Shown here: positions 1 to 14,904 of the stretch, piece by piece | Layout: each line of letters starts with the position of its first letter | Position numbering within the stretch: position 1 is the first letter of the stretch | Assembly: GCA_964016885.1 (NCBI GenBank) | Contig: OZ024752.1 | Span: forward strand, 34,410,001 to 34,474,000 | Direction of reading: 5' to 3' | DNA length: 64,000 bases | From: Eledone cirrhosa | Taxonomy: Eukaryota | Position numbers and translations under genes: made by a program | The notes under the pieces: model-generated | What the model was told of the DNA's origin: nothing | Database searches by the model: none | What the model saw: the letters and a program-made list of their open reading frames with translations, nothing else

Positions 1-102
1 GGTGTTCAAAAACCAAATGCTTTCACCTAACACCTGCCTATCATCGCCTGCGCCTTCAGCCTGATCCTGATAACTTGAGCAGACGTTCACTATATATGTA
101 AG

Positions 103-1213
<1,111 letters not shown>

Positions 1214-1309
1214 TCCTTGACGGCTCTTAACAGGCAATGATAACGACAGCTCCCGACTATTACCGCCAAAAACACCCCCACCCCGCTTTCAACATCAACA
1301 ACTTCAGGC

Positions 1310-1620
1310 ACACCACCATCAACACCAACAACACCGACACCACCACCACCATTCCCACCATTACCACCAACAACACCTCCACCACCACCATCACACCACC
1401 ACCAACAACAACACCGACACCACCAGCGACAACCACCACCACCGACACCACCGACACCACCGCCATCACTACCGCCGACACCACCACAACCGCCACCACC
1501 ACCATCATCACCACCACCGACACCACCACCATCACCACCGCCGCCACCGCCGACACCACCACCACCGCCACCACCAACAACACCAGCGACTACAACAACA
1601 ACAACGACGACGACGACGAT
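1310..1620. repeat. (ACC/AAC)n-rich trinucleotide repeat
   Basis: Direct reading. Confidence 0.9.
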
Positions 1621-1686
1621 AACAAGAACATCAACAATAAAAAGATACGACATTTCACAACTACGACAGATAACTTCGGTTGCAGT

Positions 1687-1941
1687 AACAACAACAACAA
1701 CAACAACAATTACAACAGTAGTCGCAATAACAACAACAACAACAAAAGTAGCAACAGCAACAACAACAACACTTACAGCAGTAGTAGCAATAACAACAAC
1801 AACAACAGTAGCAACAGCAACAACAACAACAATAGCAACAGCAACAACACTAACAGTAATAGTAGCAATAACAACAACTACAACAACACTTACAGCAGTT
1901 ACAGCACTAACAACAACAACAACAACAACAACAGCAGTAGT

Positions 1942-1975
<34 letters not shown>

Positions 1976-4900
1976 GCAGCAGTAGTAACAGTAACAACAA
2001 CAACAACAACAACAGTGGTAACAGCAACAACAACAACAGTAGTAACAGCAACAACAACAACAACAGTAGTAACAGCAACAACAACAACAACAGTAGTAAC
2101 AGCAACAACAACAACAAGAGTAGTAACAACAACAACAACAACAGTAGTAACAGTAACAACAACAACAACAACAGTAGTAACAGCAACAACAACAACAACA
2201 ACAACAGTAGTAACAGTAACAACAACAACAACAACAACAGTAGTAACAGCAACAACAACAACAAGAGTAGTAACAACAACAACAACAACAGTAGTAACAG
2301 CAACAACAACAACAACAACAGTAGTAACAGTAACAACAACAACAACAACAACAACAGTAGTAACAGCAACAACAACAACAACAACAACAGTAGTAACAGC
2401 AACAACAACAACAACAACAACAGTAGTAACAGCAACAACAACAACAAGAGTAGTAACAACAACAACAACAACAGTAGTAACAGCAACAACAACAACAACA
2501 ACAGTAGTAACAGTAACAACAACAACAACAACAACAACAGTAGTAACAGCAACAACAACAACAACAACAACAGTAGTAACAGTAACAACAACAACAACAA
2601 CAACAACAGTAGTAACAGCAACAACAACAACAACAACAACAGTAGTAACAGTAACAACAACAACAACAACAACAGTAGTAACAGCAACAACAACAACAAC
2701 AACAACAGTAGTAACAGCAACAACAACAACAACAACAACAGTAGTAACAGTAACAACAACAACAACAACAACAGTAGTAACAGCAACAACAACAACAACA
2801 ACAACAGTAGTAACAGCAACAACAACAACAACAACAACAGTAGTAACAGTAACAACAACAACAACAACAACAGTAGTAACAGTAACAACAACAACAACAA
2901 CAACAGTAGTAACAGCAACAACAACAACAACAACAGTAGTAACAGTAACAACAACAACAACAACAACAACAGTAGTAACAGCAACAACAACAACAACAAC
3001 AACAGTAGTAACAGTAACAACAACAACAACAACAACAACAGTAGTAACAGCAACAACAACAACAACAACAACAGTAGTAACAGTAACAACAACAACAACA
3101 ACAACAGTAGTAACAGCAACAACAACAACAACAACAACAGTAGTAACAGCAACAACAACAACAACAACAGTAGTAACAGCAACAACAACAACAACAACAA
3201 CAGTAGTAACAGCAACAACAACAACAACAACAACAGTAGTAACAGCAACAACAACAACAACAACAACAGTAGTAACAGCAACAACAACAACAACAGTAGT
3301 AACAGCAACAACAACAACAACAACAACAGTAGTAACAGCAACAACAACAACAACAACAGTAGTAACAGCAACAACAACAACAACAACAGTAGTAACAGTA
3401 ACAACAACAACAACAACAACAGTAGTAACAGCAACAACAACAACAACAACAACAGTAGTAACAGCAACAACAACAACAACAACAACAGTAGTAACAGCAA
3501 CAACAACAACAACAACAGTAGTAACAGTAACAACAACAACAACAACAACAGTAGTAACAGTAACAACAACAACAACAACAACAACAGTAGTAACAGTAAC
3601 AACAACAACAACAACAACAGTAGTAACAGCAACAACAACAACAACAACAACAGTAGTAACAGTAACAACAACAACAACAACAACAGTAGTAACAGCAACA
3701 ACAACAACAACAACAGTAGTAACAGTAACAACAACAACAACAACAACAACAGTAGTAACAGCAACAACAACAACAACAACAGTAGTAACAGTAACAACAA
3801 CAACAACAACAACAGTAGTAACAGCAACAACAACAACAACAACAGTAGTAACAGTAACAACAACAACAACAACAACAGTAGTAACAGTAACAACAACAAC
3901 AACAACAACAGTAGTAACAGCAACAACAACAACAACAACAGTAGTAACAGTAACAACAACAACAACAACAACAACAGTAGTAACAGCAACAACAACAACA
4001 ACAACAACAGTAGTAACAGTAACAACAACAACAACAACAACAACAGTAGTAACAGCAACAACAACAACAACAACAACAGTAGTAACAGCAACAACAACAA
4101 CAACAACAACAGTAGTAACAGCAACAACAACAACAACAACAACAGTAGTAACAGCAACAACAACAACAACAACAACAGTAGTAACAGTAACAACAACAAC
4201 AACAACAGTAGTAACAGCAACAACAACAACAACAGTAGTAACAGCAACAACAACAACAACAACAACAGTAGTAACAGCAACAACAACAACAACAACAGTA
4301 GTAACAGTAACAACAACAACAACAACAACAGTAGTAACAGTAACAACAACAACAACAACAACAGTAGTAACAGTAACAACAACAACAACAACAACAGTAG
4401 TAACAGTAACAACAACAACAACAACAACAGTAGTAACAGCAACAACAACAACAACAACAGTAGTAACAGTAACAACAACAACAACAACAACAGTAGTAAC
4501 AGCAACAACAACAACAACAACAACAGTAGTAACAGTAACAACAACAACAACAACAACAGTAGTAACAGTAACAACAACAACAACAACAACAGTAGTAACA
4601 GCAACAACAACAACAACAACAGTAGTAACAGTAACAACAACAACAACAACAACAACAGTAGTAACAGCAACAACAACAACAACAACAACAGTAGTAACAG
4701 TAACAACAACAACAACAACAACAACAGTAGTAACAGCAACAACAACAACAACAACAACAGTAGTAACAGCAACAACAACAACAACAACAACAGTAGTAAC
4801 AGCAACAACAACAACAACAACAACAGTAGTAACAGCAACAACAACAACAACAACAACAGTAGTAACAGTAACAACAACAACAACAACAGTAGTAACAGCA

Positions 4901-7900
4901 ACAACAACAACAACAACAACAGTAGTAACAGTAACAACAACAACAACAACAACAGTAGTAACAGTAACAACAACAACAACAACAACAGTAGTAACAGCAA
5001 CAACAACAACAACAACAACAGTAGTAACAGCAACAACAACAACAACAGTAGTAACAGTAACAACAACAACAACAGTAGTAACAGTAACAACAACAACAAC
5101 AACAACAACAGTAGTAACAGCAACAACAACAACAACAACAGTAGTAACAGTAACAACAACAACAACAACAACAGTAGTAACAGTAACAACAACAACAACA
5201 ACAACAGTAGTAACAGCAACAACAACAACAACAACAACAGTAGTAACAGCAACAACAACAACAACAGTAGTAACAGTAACAACAACAACAACAACAACAG
5301 TAGTAACAGTAACAACAACAACAACAACAACAGTAGTAACAGTAACAACAACAACAACAACAACAGTAGTAACAGCAACAACAACAACAACAACAACAGT
5401 AGTAACAGCAACAACAACAACAACAGTAGTAACAGTAACAACAACAACAACAACAACAGTAGTAACAGCAACAACAACAACAACAACAGTAGTAACAGTA
5501 ACAACAACAACAACAACAACAGTAGTAACAGTAACAACAACAACAACAACAACAGTAGTAACAGCAACAACAACAACAACAACAACAGTAGTAACAGCAA
5601 CAACAACAACAACAGTAGTAACAGTAACAACAACAACAACAACAACAGTAGTAACAGCAACAACAACAACAACAACAGTAGTAACAGTAACAACAACAAC
5701 AACAACAACAGTAGTAACAGCAACAACAACAACAACAACAGTAGTAACAGCAACAACAACAACAACAGTAGTAACAGTAACAACAACAACAACAACAACA
5801 GTAGTAACAGCAACAACAACAACAACAGTAGTAACAGTAACAACAACAACAACAACAACAGTAGTAACAGCAACAACAACAACAACAACAGTAGTAACAG
5901 CAACAACAACAACAACAACAGTAGTAACAGCAACAACAACAACAACAACAACAGTAGTAACAGCAACAACAACAACAACAACAACAGTAGTAACAGCAAC
6001 AACAACAACAACAACAACAGTAGTAACAGTAACAACAACAACAACAACAACAGTAGTAACAGCAACAACAACAACAACAACAACAGTAGTAACAGTAACA
6101 ACAACAACAACAACAACAGTAGTAACAGTAACAACAACAACAACAACAACAGTAGTAACAGTAACAACAACAACAACAACAACAGTAGTAACAGCAACAA
6201 CAACAACAACAACAACAGTAGTAACAGCAACAACAACAACAACAACAACAGTAGTAACAGCAACAACAACAACAACAACAACAGTAGTAACAGTAACAAC
6301 AACAACAACAACAACAGTAGTAACAGCAACAACAACAACAACAACAACAGTAGTAACAGTAACAACAACAACAACAACAACAGTAGTAACAGTAACAACA
6401 ACAACAACAACAACAGTAGTAACAGTAACAACAACAACAACAACAACAGTAGTAACAGCAACAACAACAACAACAACAACAGTAGTAACAGTAACAACAA
6501 CAACAACAACAACAGTAGTAACAGCAACAACAACAACAACAACAGTAGTAACAGCAACAACAACAACAACAACAGTAGTAACAGCAACAACAACAACAAC
6601 AACAACAGTAGTAACAGCAACAACAACAACAACAACAACAGTAGTAACAGCAACAACAACAACAACAACAACAGTAGTAACAGCAACAACAACAACAACA
6701 ACAACAGTAGTAACAGCAACAACAACAACAACAACAACAGTAGTAACAGTAACAACAACAACAACAACAACAGTAGTAACAGCAACAACAACAACAACAA
6801 CAACAGTAGTAACAGCAACAACAACAACAACAACAGTAGTAACAGCAACAACAACAACAACAACAACAGTAGTAACAGCAACAACAACAACAACAACAGT
6901 AGTAACAGTAACAACAACAACAACAACAACAGTAGTAACAGTAACAACAACAACAACAACAACAGTAGTAACAGTAACAACAACAACAACAACAACAGTA
7001 GTAACAGCAACAACAACAACAACAACAACAGTAGTAACAGTAACAACAACAACAACAACAACAGTAGTAACAGCAACAACAACAACAACAACAGTAGTAA
7101 CAGCAACAACAACAACAACAACAGTAGTAACAGCAACAACAACAACAACAACAACAGTAGTAACAGCAACAACAACAACAACAACAACAGTAGTAACAGC
7201 AACAACAACAACAACAACAACAGTAGTAACAGCAACAACAACAACAACAACAACAGTAGTAACAGCAACAACAACAACAACAACAACAGTAGTAACAGTA
7301 ACAACAACAACAACAACAACAGTAGTAACAGTAACAACAACAACAACAACAACAGTAGTAACAGCAACAACAACAACAACAACAGTAGTAACAGTAACAA
7401 CAACAACAACAACAACAGTAGTAACCGTAACAACAACAACAACAACAACAGTAGTAACAGCAACAACAACAACAACAACAACAGTAGTAACAGCAACAAC
7501 AACAACAACAACAACAGTAGTAACAGCAACAACAACAACAACAACAACAGTAGTAACAGCAACAACAACAACAACAACAACAGTAGTAACAGCAACAACA
7601 ACAACAACAACAACAGTAGTAACAGCAACAACAACAACAACAACAACAGTAGTAACAGTAACAACAACAACAACAACAACAGTAGTAACAGTAACAACAA
7701 CAACAACAACAACAGTAGTAACAGTAACAACAACAACAACAACAACAGTAGTAACAGTAACAACAACAACAACAACAACAGTAGTAACAGCAACAACAAC
7801 AACAACAACAACAGTAGTAACAGCAACAACAACAACAACAACAGTAGTAACAGCAACAACAACAACAACAACAACAGTAGTAACAGCAACAACAACAACA

Positions 7901-9141
7901 ACAACAACAGTAGTAACAGCAACAACAACAACAACAACAGTAGTAACAGCAACAACAACAACAACAACAACAGTAGTAACAGCAACAACAACAACAACAA
8001 CAACAGTAGTAACAGCAACAACAACAACAACAACAACAGTAGTAACAGTAACAACAACAACAACAACAACAGTAGTAACAGTAACAACAACAACAACAAC
8101 AACAGTAGTAACAGTAACAACAACAACAACAACAACAGTAGTAACAGCAACAACAACAACAACAACAACAGTAGTAACAGCAACAACAACAACAACAACA
8201 ACAGTAGTAACAGTAACAACAACAACAACAACAACAGTAGTAACAGCAACAACAACAACAACAACAACAGTAGTAACAGCAACAACAACAACAACAACAA
8301 CAGTAGTAACAGTAACAACAACAACAACAACAACAGTAGTAACAGTAACAACAACAACAACAACAACAGTAGTAACAGCAACAACAACAACAACAACAAC
8401 AGTAGTAACAGCAACAACAACAACAACAACAACAGTAGTAACAGTAACAACAACAACAACAACAACAGTAGTAACAGCAACAACAACAACAACAACAACA
8501 GTAGTAACAGTAACAACAACAACAACAACAGTAGTAACAGCAACAACAACAACAACAGTAGTAACAGCAACAACAACAACAAGAGTAGTAACAACAACAA
8601 CAACAACAGTAGTAACAGCAACAACAACAACAACAACAGTAGTAACAGCAACAACAACAACAACAACAACAGTAGTAACAGTAACAACAACAACAACAAC
8701 AGTAGTAACAGTAACAACAACAACAACAACAGTAGTAACAGCAACAACAACAACAACAACAGTAGTAACAGCAACAACAACAACAACAACAACAGTAGTA
8801 ACAGCAACAACAACAACAACAACAACAGTAGTAACAGTAACAACAACAACAACAACAACAGTAGTAACAGCAACAACAACAACAACAACAACAGTAGTAA
8901 CAGCAACAACAACAACAACAACAACAGTAGTAACAGCAACAACAACAACAACAACAACAGTAGTAACAGTAACAACAACAACAACAACAACAGTAGTAAC
9001 AGTAACAACAACAACAACAACAGTAGTAACAGTAACAACAGCAACAACAATAACAACAGTAGTAACAGTAACAGTAACAACAACAACAACAGTAGTAACA
9101 ACAACAACAACAACAACAGTAACAACAGCAACAACAACAAC
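1687..9141. repeat. About 7.4-kb compound satellite, unit AGT AGT AAC AGY (AAC)5-8
   Basis: Very regular 27-36 bp units from about 2030 to 9020, degenerate at both edges. Confidence 0.97.
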
Positions 9142-9321
9142 CCACCAACCAACGAGCCTCTGCTATGGTTCTGTGGCAATTGTTTTCAACCTCCAATGTG
9201 TGCCAGATGGAAGAACTTCAAACTTACAAAAGGGAACAGTTGCAATTAAGATATTGAGACCACACCATTTACCACACTATGTATTGGGGCCACACCCGTC
9301 ATTATTTTAAATTACAAAAGG

Positions 9322-9537
9322 GTGATGGAATGGCAGTAATCGGTAGAGCGTCGGCCAACATGTTTTGTGGCACATTGTTTCGGTCCTTTACACTCCGAGT
9401 TCAAATCCCGCCAAGGTTAACTTTACCTCTCATCCTTAAATAAAGTTGATAAAATAAAGCACCAGTAATGCACTGGGGTCGATTTAATCGACTTTCCCCT
9501 CCTCCGAAATTGTTGGCCTTGTGCCTAAATCAGAAAT
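9322..9537 (+). mobile_element. tRNA-derived SINE family 1, older diverged copy
   Basis: A-box-like TGGCAGTAATCGG, B-box GAGTTCAAATCC, core CATCCTT...GATAAAATAAAGCACCAGT, 3' GGCCTTGTGCCTAAA shared with young copies. Confidence 0.8.
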
Positions 9538-9540
9538 CAG

Positions 9541-9656
9541 AAACGTGAAATGAAGTTTTTTGCTCAAGAACACAACATGCAAGCCAGGAATCGAACTCAC
9601 AACATTATGATGTCATATGAAGTCCAACACCCTTACCACTAGGCTACATGTCTCCA
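9541..9656 (-). mobile_element. SINE family 2, 5' fragment
   Basis: Reverse complement matches the head of the copy at 16518-16795 (GCCTAGTGG, GTTCGATTCC, GTGTTCTTGAGCAA). Confidence 0.75.
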
Positions 9657-9672
9657 CATATAATGTATATAT

Positions 9673-10021
9673 CTATCTAAGGCGGGTAAAATTCCCGAGA
9701 TCCATGGACGAGTTCTCTCCAGCGGTCTCTGTCCCTCATTATCGCTGCCATGTCCTGCGTCTCCAACAGACCAGTGTCTGTCCTTAGGGCATCAACATAC
9801 GTTAACCTTGGTCTTCCTCTTCTAGTGTGTCCATGTAGGGGCTCCCTACCTTTTTATCATCGTAGTGGACTATTGTATGCGCCTTGCACTGGAGAAACAC
9901 CAGGACTCTGGCTTTACTGTAGCACCGGCTCAGAGCAGGAGAGTTAGGGCGAAAAAGGTATCGGATGCTGAATTTGCCGACGACATAGTTTTGGTGACAA
10001 ATACAGTGAAGGAGGCAGAGG
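9673..10021 (-). mobile_element. RTE-like LINE insertion: 3' end on minus (about 9677-9847) fused head-to-head to an inverted RT fragment on plus (about 9848-10021)
   Basis: 9677-9847 is near-identical to 50263-50432; plus fragment encodes ...VSDAEFADDIVLV (RT F/YADD motif); direct repeat AATGTATATAT at 9662-9672 and 10022-10032. Confidence 0.8.
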
Positions 10022-10875
10022 AATGTATATATATAGGGTATATATTAGTTGCGATGTCACTGGTACCAAGCTGTATAGGGCTTTACCTTTCCCTTGGACA
10101 ACATCGGTGGCGTGGAGAGGAGAGACCGGACTTGTGCCTCGGCGGGGAACTTTCTAGGTACAAATTCAATGATCATTCGTGACCGAAGGAAATCTCTCTA
10201 TAAATTGCTAATCCTACGTTTGTTAATATAGTCCTAGATACATTGTGTCTGAAGCGAAGAAAAGATACACAAGGTAGAACGCTTTTGATCATAAGTCTCC
10301 TGGATTTAGACTGTTCTGGAGTCTAACAATAACAACAACAACCTAATTAACTGTTAAAGTCCTGTACCGCGAGACCGCATTAGCAAACATTCTAAAAACA
10401 AGAACATAGAAAAGAGGACCATCTCAGTTTTACATTTTATCAAAACAACTTTTGTAGAATGATTTTGAATATAGAATAATTTAAATTCTTTAGCATTTAA
10501 ACCGGCTGTATTTGGCCAGCATTCTCTCACCTCTTTCTGTTCAAACTGGCCGTAACCAGCCGCTCATACTGATTTTGAGGTATTGTTCTGAAAATGAATA
10601 ACATCAAAATCTCATAGGTTCGATATTATGTGAGATAATTACGTGAGATTTACCGTAAAAATACAATAATAAAAATACAATAGTATATATAAAATAAAGT
10701 AAATACTAAAGGGTTAAAAATAACCGTTGTAACCATTGGCTTCGTAATGGCTGCATTTAATGCGTTTCCAAATAGCTTTCCAACAACATATTTTAGGTGG
10801 TTTTTATTCTTGTCTTTAGGCTAGGTTTTTTTTTTAAAAACTTTTTCCCTTATATCAGACGGATTTGTTATCATA

Positions 10876-11433
10876 AGGTTAGGGTTAGGTTTTGGATTAG
10901 TAACTGTCTAGAAGAGATTATTCGAAACTCCACAGATTAGGGTTAGAACTGTGGGTAAGGTTAAAGTTAGGGTTAAGGCTAGTTTTTATTGTCTTTTTTT
11001 TTTTAAATTAGTATCATAGTTAGAGTTAGGGTTAGGGTTAAGGTTAGTTTTTATTGTCTTTTTTTTTTTAAATTAGTATCATAGTTAGAGTTAGGGTTAG
11101 GGTTAAGGCTAGTTTTTATTGTCTTTTTTTTTTTAAATTTGTATCATAGTTAGAGTTAGGGTTAGGGTTAAGGCTAGTTTTTATTGTCTTTTTTATTTTT
11201 AAATTAGTATCATAGTTAGGGTTAGGGTTAAGGCCAGTTTTTATTGTCTTTTTTTTAAAAATTAGTATCATAGTTAAAGTTAGGGTTAGGGTTAAGGCTA
11301 GTTTTTATTGTCTTTTTTTTTTTCAAATTAGTATCATAGTTAGAGTTAGGGTTAGGGTTAAGGCTAGTTTTTATTGTCTTTTTTTTTTTCAAATTAGTAT
11401 CATAGTTAGATTTAGGGCTAGGGTTAGGGTTAC
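10876..11433 (+). repeat. TTAGGG-containing element with about 60-bp tandem units
   Basis: About 7 units of AGGCTAGTTTTTATTGTC(T)nAAATTAGTATCATAGTTAGAGTTAGGGTTAGGGTTA. Confidence 0.9.
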
Positions 11434-11801
11434 TTGTTCCCTCATATCGGACGGATTTGTTATCATAAAACTCATAAAACTCAGACTTTATTACTACAGA
11501 TTTGGTACACTGAAGATCTGGATCGTGGTTTTTCTGATAAAATTCTTTCCAGATTTGTCATCTGTGCCACAATAACCTGTATTTATAGTTTATATATTAT
11601 TGAATTATATTTGGCTCCCCCCTTATCCTCTTTTACTTCATCTCTATTACCAGTTCAAACTTGTACAGGGTCGGTGGAAAGAAACTACCTATTTAAAATG
11701 GTAAATGATGTTTGCAGAAGTTGCCACGTTTAGAGTTAAATAGTTGTTTAGTGTCTGAAAAAAAATACATACACATATATATATGTGTGTGTATATATAT
11801 A

Positions 11802-11994
11802 TGAAAATGTTTGACCCCGACGGCAGAGCTCAAGCCGTTTCGACGGCTTTTTCTGGACTCCAGACATAGCCGTCGAAACGGCTTGAGCTCTGTCGTTGGG
11901 GTCAAACATTTTCCTTTTACCCACTCTACTACCCTAAGTATTGAGTACTCTGGTGCGTTATGGTCCATCTGATTCCTTACCACACCTCCTTCGT
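11802..11994 (+). mobile_element. Fold-back module family A in (TA)n, putative Penelope-derived
   Basis: Inverted arms around about 11857 plus tail CACTCTACTACCCTAAGTATTGAGTAC...; homologous copies at 16862, 30118, 30497, 33945 and 60278. Confidence 0.75.
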
Positions 11995-12104
11995 TATATA
12001 TATATATATATATGTATGTATATCAAGTAAACGGAAACAACAAAGTTGACAACGCAGTACATTGAAGAAATATATTAGTTTAACGCTTGATATAGTAGGA
12101 AGAG

Positions 12105-12143
12105 AGTCTGAACATTTCGGACATTAGTCCTTCATCAGGAGAT
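12105..12143 (-). ncRNA. Minimal type I hammerhead ribozyme motif
   Basis: Minus strand CTGATGA-a-GGAC-taat-GTCC-GAAA-tg-TTC; same family as 34501-34536. Confidence 0.7.
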
Positions 12144-12661
12144 AGAATGAGAAAAAGACGAAATAGAAAGATAGAGAGTGAGAAGAGAAAGGAACGGGAA
12201 AATGTTTTTTTTTTTAGAAAAAGCACGTGTATATTCATTGTATTCGGATACACACAAGTGTTTCTAAGAGAAGTCGACATATATGTTGCGATAAATATTG
12301 ACAAGAAAAAGAAAAAAAAGACTGAAATGGGTTGGTTATTCTATTTGGCATATCACATAACTAAAGAATAGTCGACCACATTTCGTGAAAATTGCTTTTC
12401 ACACGCAAGCTTAAGTTTCTCTGAAGCCAGGGCCGGGCTTTCACCTGCTGAGGCCCTAAGCTATATGAAATTTGAGGCCCCTTCTCTAAAAAAAAAAAAA
12501 AAAATCGGGTAAAAAATTATTTTTTTATGTTAAAGATAAATAATAAATTACACACACACACAAACAAACAAACACACACACGCGCGCACGCACACGCACA
12601 CACATATATACATGCATACATATATATATATAGTGAAGACGTGTGGCTGATTGGTTAGAGA

Positions 12662-12719
<58 letters not shown>

Positions 12720-12723
<4 letters not shown>

Positions 12724-12948
12724 TCAATATATTAATAAATGGAAACTATATTTATAAAACCATAATTATTTTATTATATATATTTCAAGGGCAACCAAGG
12801 CAAATTTTGGTGCGCTTTCATCAGATAAGATACAAATTTGTTTTATAAATATTGACATACCCGCATAAAGACAACCTTAACGGTTGAGGTTCGCTGGAGA
12901 GTTTTTTTAAGCTTGTTTAATCCCAACAAATTAAATATAACTTCTGCA
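12720..12948. mobile_element. Module family B, internally deleted copy with antisense hammerhead motif
   Basis: Matches the arm and tail of 29081-29446; TCATCAG at about 12819-12825. Confidence 0.7.
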
Positions 12949-12964
12949 TATATATATATATAAC

Positions 12965-13150
12965 TGTTTCTACTTTAGGCACAAGGCCAGCAATTACCCA
13001 GTGCATTACTGGTACTTTATTTTATCGACCCCGTAAGGATGAAAGGCAAAGTCAACCTCGGCGGGATTTGAACTCAGATTGTAAAGGGACGTAACTGTGC
13101 TGGAAAGCATGGCGTCCGACTCTCTACCGATACTGCCAATCCACCGTCCT
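12965..13150 (-). mobile_element. SINE family 1, young copy
   Basis: About 186-bp unit nearly identical to 17425, 33395, 46593, 47151, 49268 and 59089; Pol III A box (TGGCAGTATCGG) and B box (GAGTTCAAATCC). Confidence 0.9.
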
Positions 13151-13161
13151 ATATATATATA

Positions 13162-13315
13162 TAACGTGAAATAAAGTGTCTTGCCGAAGGACATAGCGCA
13201 TCGCCCTGTCCATGATTGGTTAAAGAACTAGATTCGCAATCATGAGGTTGTCAGTTCGATTCCTGGACCGGACGATGCGTTATGTCCTTGAGCAAGACAC
13301 TTTATTTCACGTTGC
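13162..13315 (+). mobile_element. SINE family 2 fragment with inverted duplication
   Basis: 13162-13210 is the reverse complement of about 13262-13313; B box GTTCGATTCC. Confidence 0.7.
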
Positions 13316-13589
13316 TCCTTCTACCTGGAGTTGCGACCGATAGATAGTATTAGAAATTGGAAAGACCAACAGAGACATTGTTTTCTCGGTCCAATTTGAC
13401 GATTGTCGATCGATAAATGTTTATATATGTAGTAAATGAGTGAAGAATAAGTTGGTCGGCTGTACAATAGAGTTTATTCAAAGTATTAACAATTGTTTCA
13501 TTAGTCCGGTGTGTCTAAAAATCCCTGATCGCCAGAACCTCTGCTTCTCATAACCTCTACTTGGATTACCTTAAACGATATCCTGTTAA

Positions 13590-13629
<40 letters not shown>

Positions 13630-13673
13630 TGAAAAAGAACAAAGGAACTATTATGACATTATAACGAGTTTAT

Positions 13674-13720
13674 TGCCGACAGCCGTTTCGTCCGACCATA
13701 TGGTGGGACTTTTCAAGGCA
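13674..13720 (-). ncRNA. Hammerhead ribozyme motif with U3-A8 variant core
   Basis: TGCC-TTGAAAA-GTCC c ACC atat GGT c GGAC-GAAA-cggctg-TC-GGCA. Confidence 0.7.
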
Positions 13721-13756
13721 TATAACATGTGATTGTAGGATCATTATTTACATCAA

Positions 13757-13825
13757 CGGGGTCGATAAAATAAAGTACCAGTAATGTACTGGGTAATTGC
13801 TGGCCTTGTGCCAAAAGTAGAAACA
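13757..13825 (+). mobile_element. 5'-truncated SINE family 1 with 16-bp TSD
   Basis: ATTATTTACATCAACG at 13743-13758 and 13826-13841. Confidence 0.85.
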
Positions 13826-14416
13826 ATTATTTACATCAACGTATCACTCAAGGCTAGCAGTTTGCAATTGTGGTATACATCAGCAGCTCCGCTTGTATAG
13901 TTGGGGTCTATATTCTGCTCTGCGTATACGCATAGAGCTTAACTAGCTACCGTCACATATTTGGTAGGTCAGACGTGATCATCGCGATTCACATACGACC
14001 TACCATACATCTTGCTTATATATATATATATATATATTGTTATACTTGGGAAGGGTCATATTGTTATAATATTGCCAGAAATAATAACAGAACACACTCA
14101 CTTTGGTTTGGGTTGGTTTTCGCTTTTGTATCTTTTATATCTCCATAGTTAATTTGATCTCCATAGTTAATTTATTATGACCAACGTTTAAAAATACAGA
14201 TATAAATATATACATACTGTATATATATAGTCTATCAAAGTTCTTTCGTTACACATCTGCAAAATCAACAGTGGTACTATTATGTTTCCTCCCGTTGTAT
14301 TGTAATGCCTACGCCATTTTTATAAAAATTAATAGACTATATATATATATATATATAGTAATAATAATAAATTTGAAGACTAAAATCCAAATCTTTGCTT
14401 AAACTTTAATCTGTTA

Positions 14417-14461
<45 letters not shown>

Positions 14462-14633
14462 GAAGAGATATATTCGATATGTCTCATATGAAAAAATACA
14501 GCCAATTTTCCACGCAATACTTTCAGTTAGCACCCCGAACGCATAATTGGGAATATAATCACTTATTTCCTAATGTTTGTTGAGTGAGTTGGAATTTGGC
14601 CGGAGTATCGCTAAAAAGCTTTCTCCGATATTG

Positions 14634-14684
<51 letters not shown>

Positions 14685-14904
14685 CTTTTTATGATTTAGT
14701 GTTAAATAATAAAAACTAATGATAAAATAAAAATATCTTTAAAAAAATGAGGTCCCGACAGTTTCTTACCATAGCTGTCTTATTCAAATTTGCTACACCA
14801 TTTATACACACACACTTTCTTTTACGAGGAAAGCTTCATGCTTAAAAGTCCTATATTCTTTTGAATAGTCCTCGAAATAGTAAGATTTTACTGCTCTTCG
14901 AAAC

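Noticed and set aside
1237-9310. 2400-2670 aa poly-N/S, poly-T/V, poly-L and poly-C ORFs
   Set aside because: Open in several frames on both strands only because of the AAC/AGT triplet repeat; no domain or splice evidence
10876-11433. True telomere or fusion site
   Set aside because: Only 2-3 TTAGGG per unit and no head-to-head TTAGGG/CCCTAA junction
13480-13560. Hammerhead halves GAAACAATTGTTA (minus) here and GAAACGATCGTA (minus, about 54925-54937)
   Set aside because: No 5' core is visible, so they are not called as ribozymes, though they are probably truncated modules
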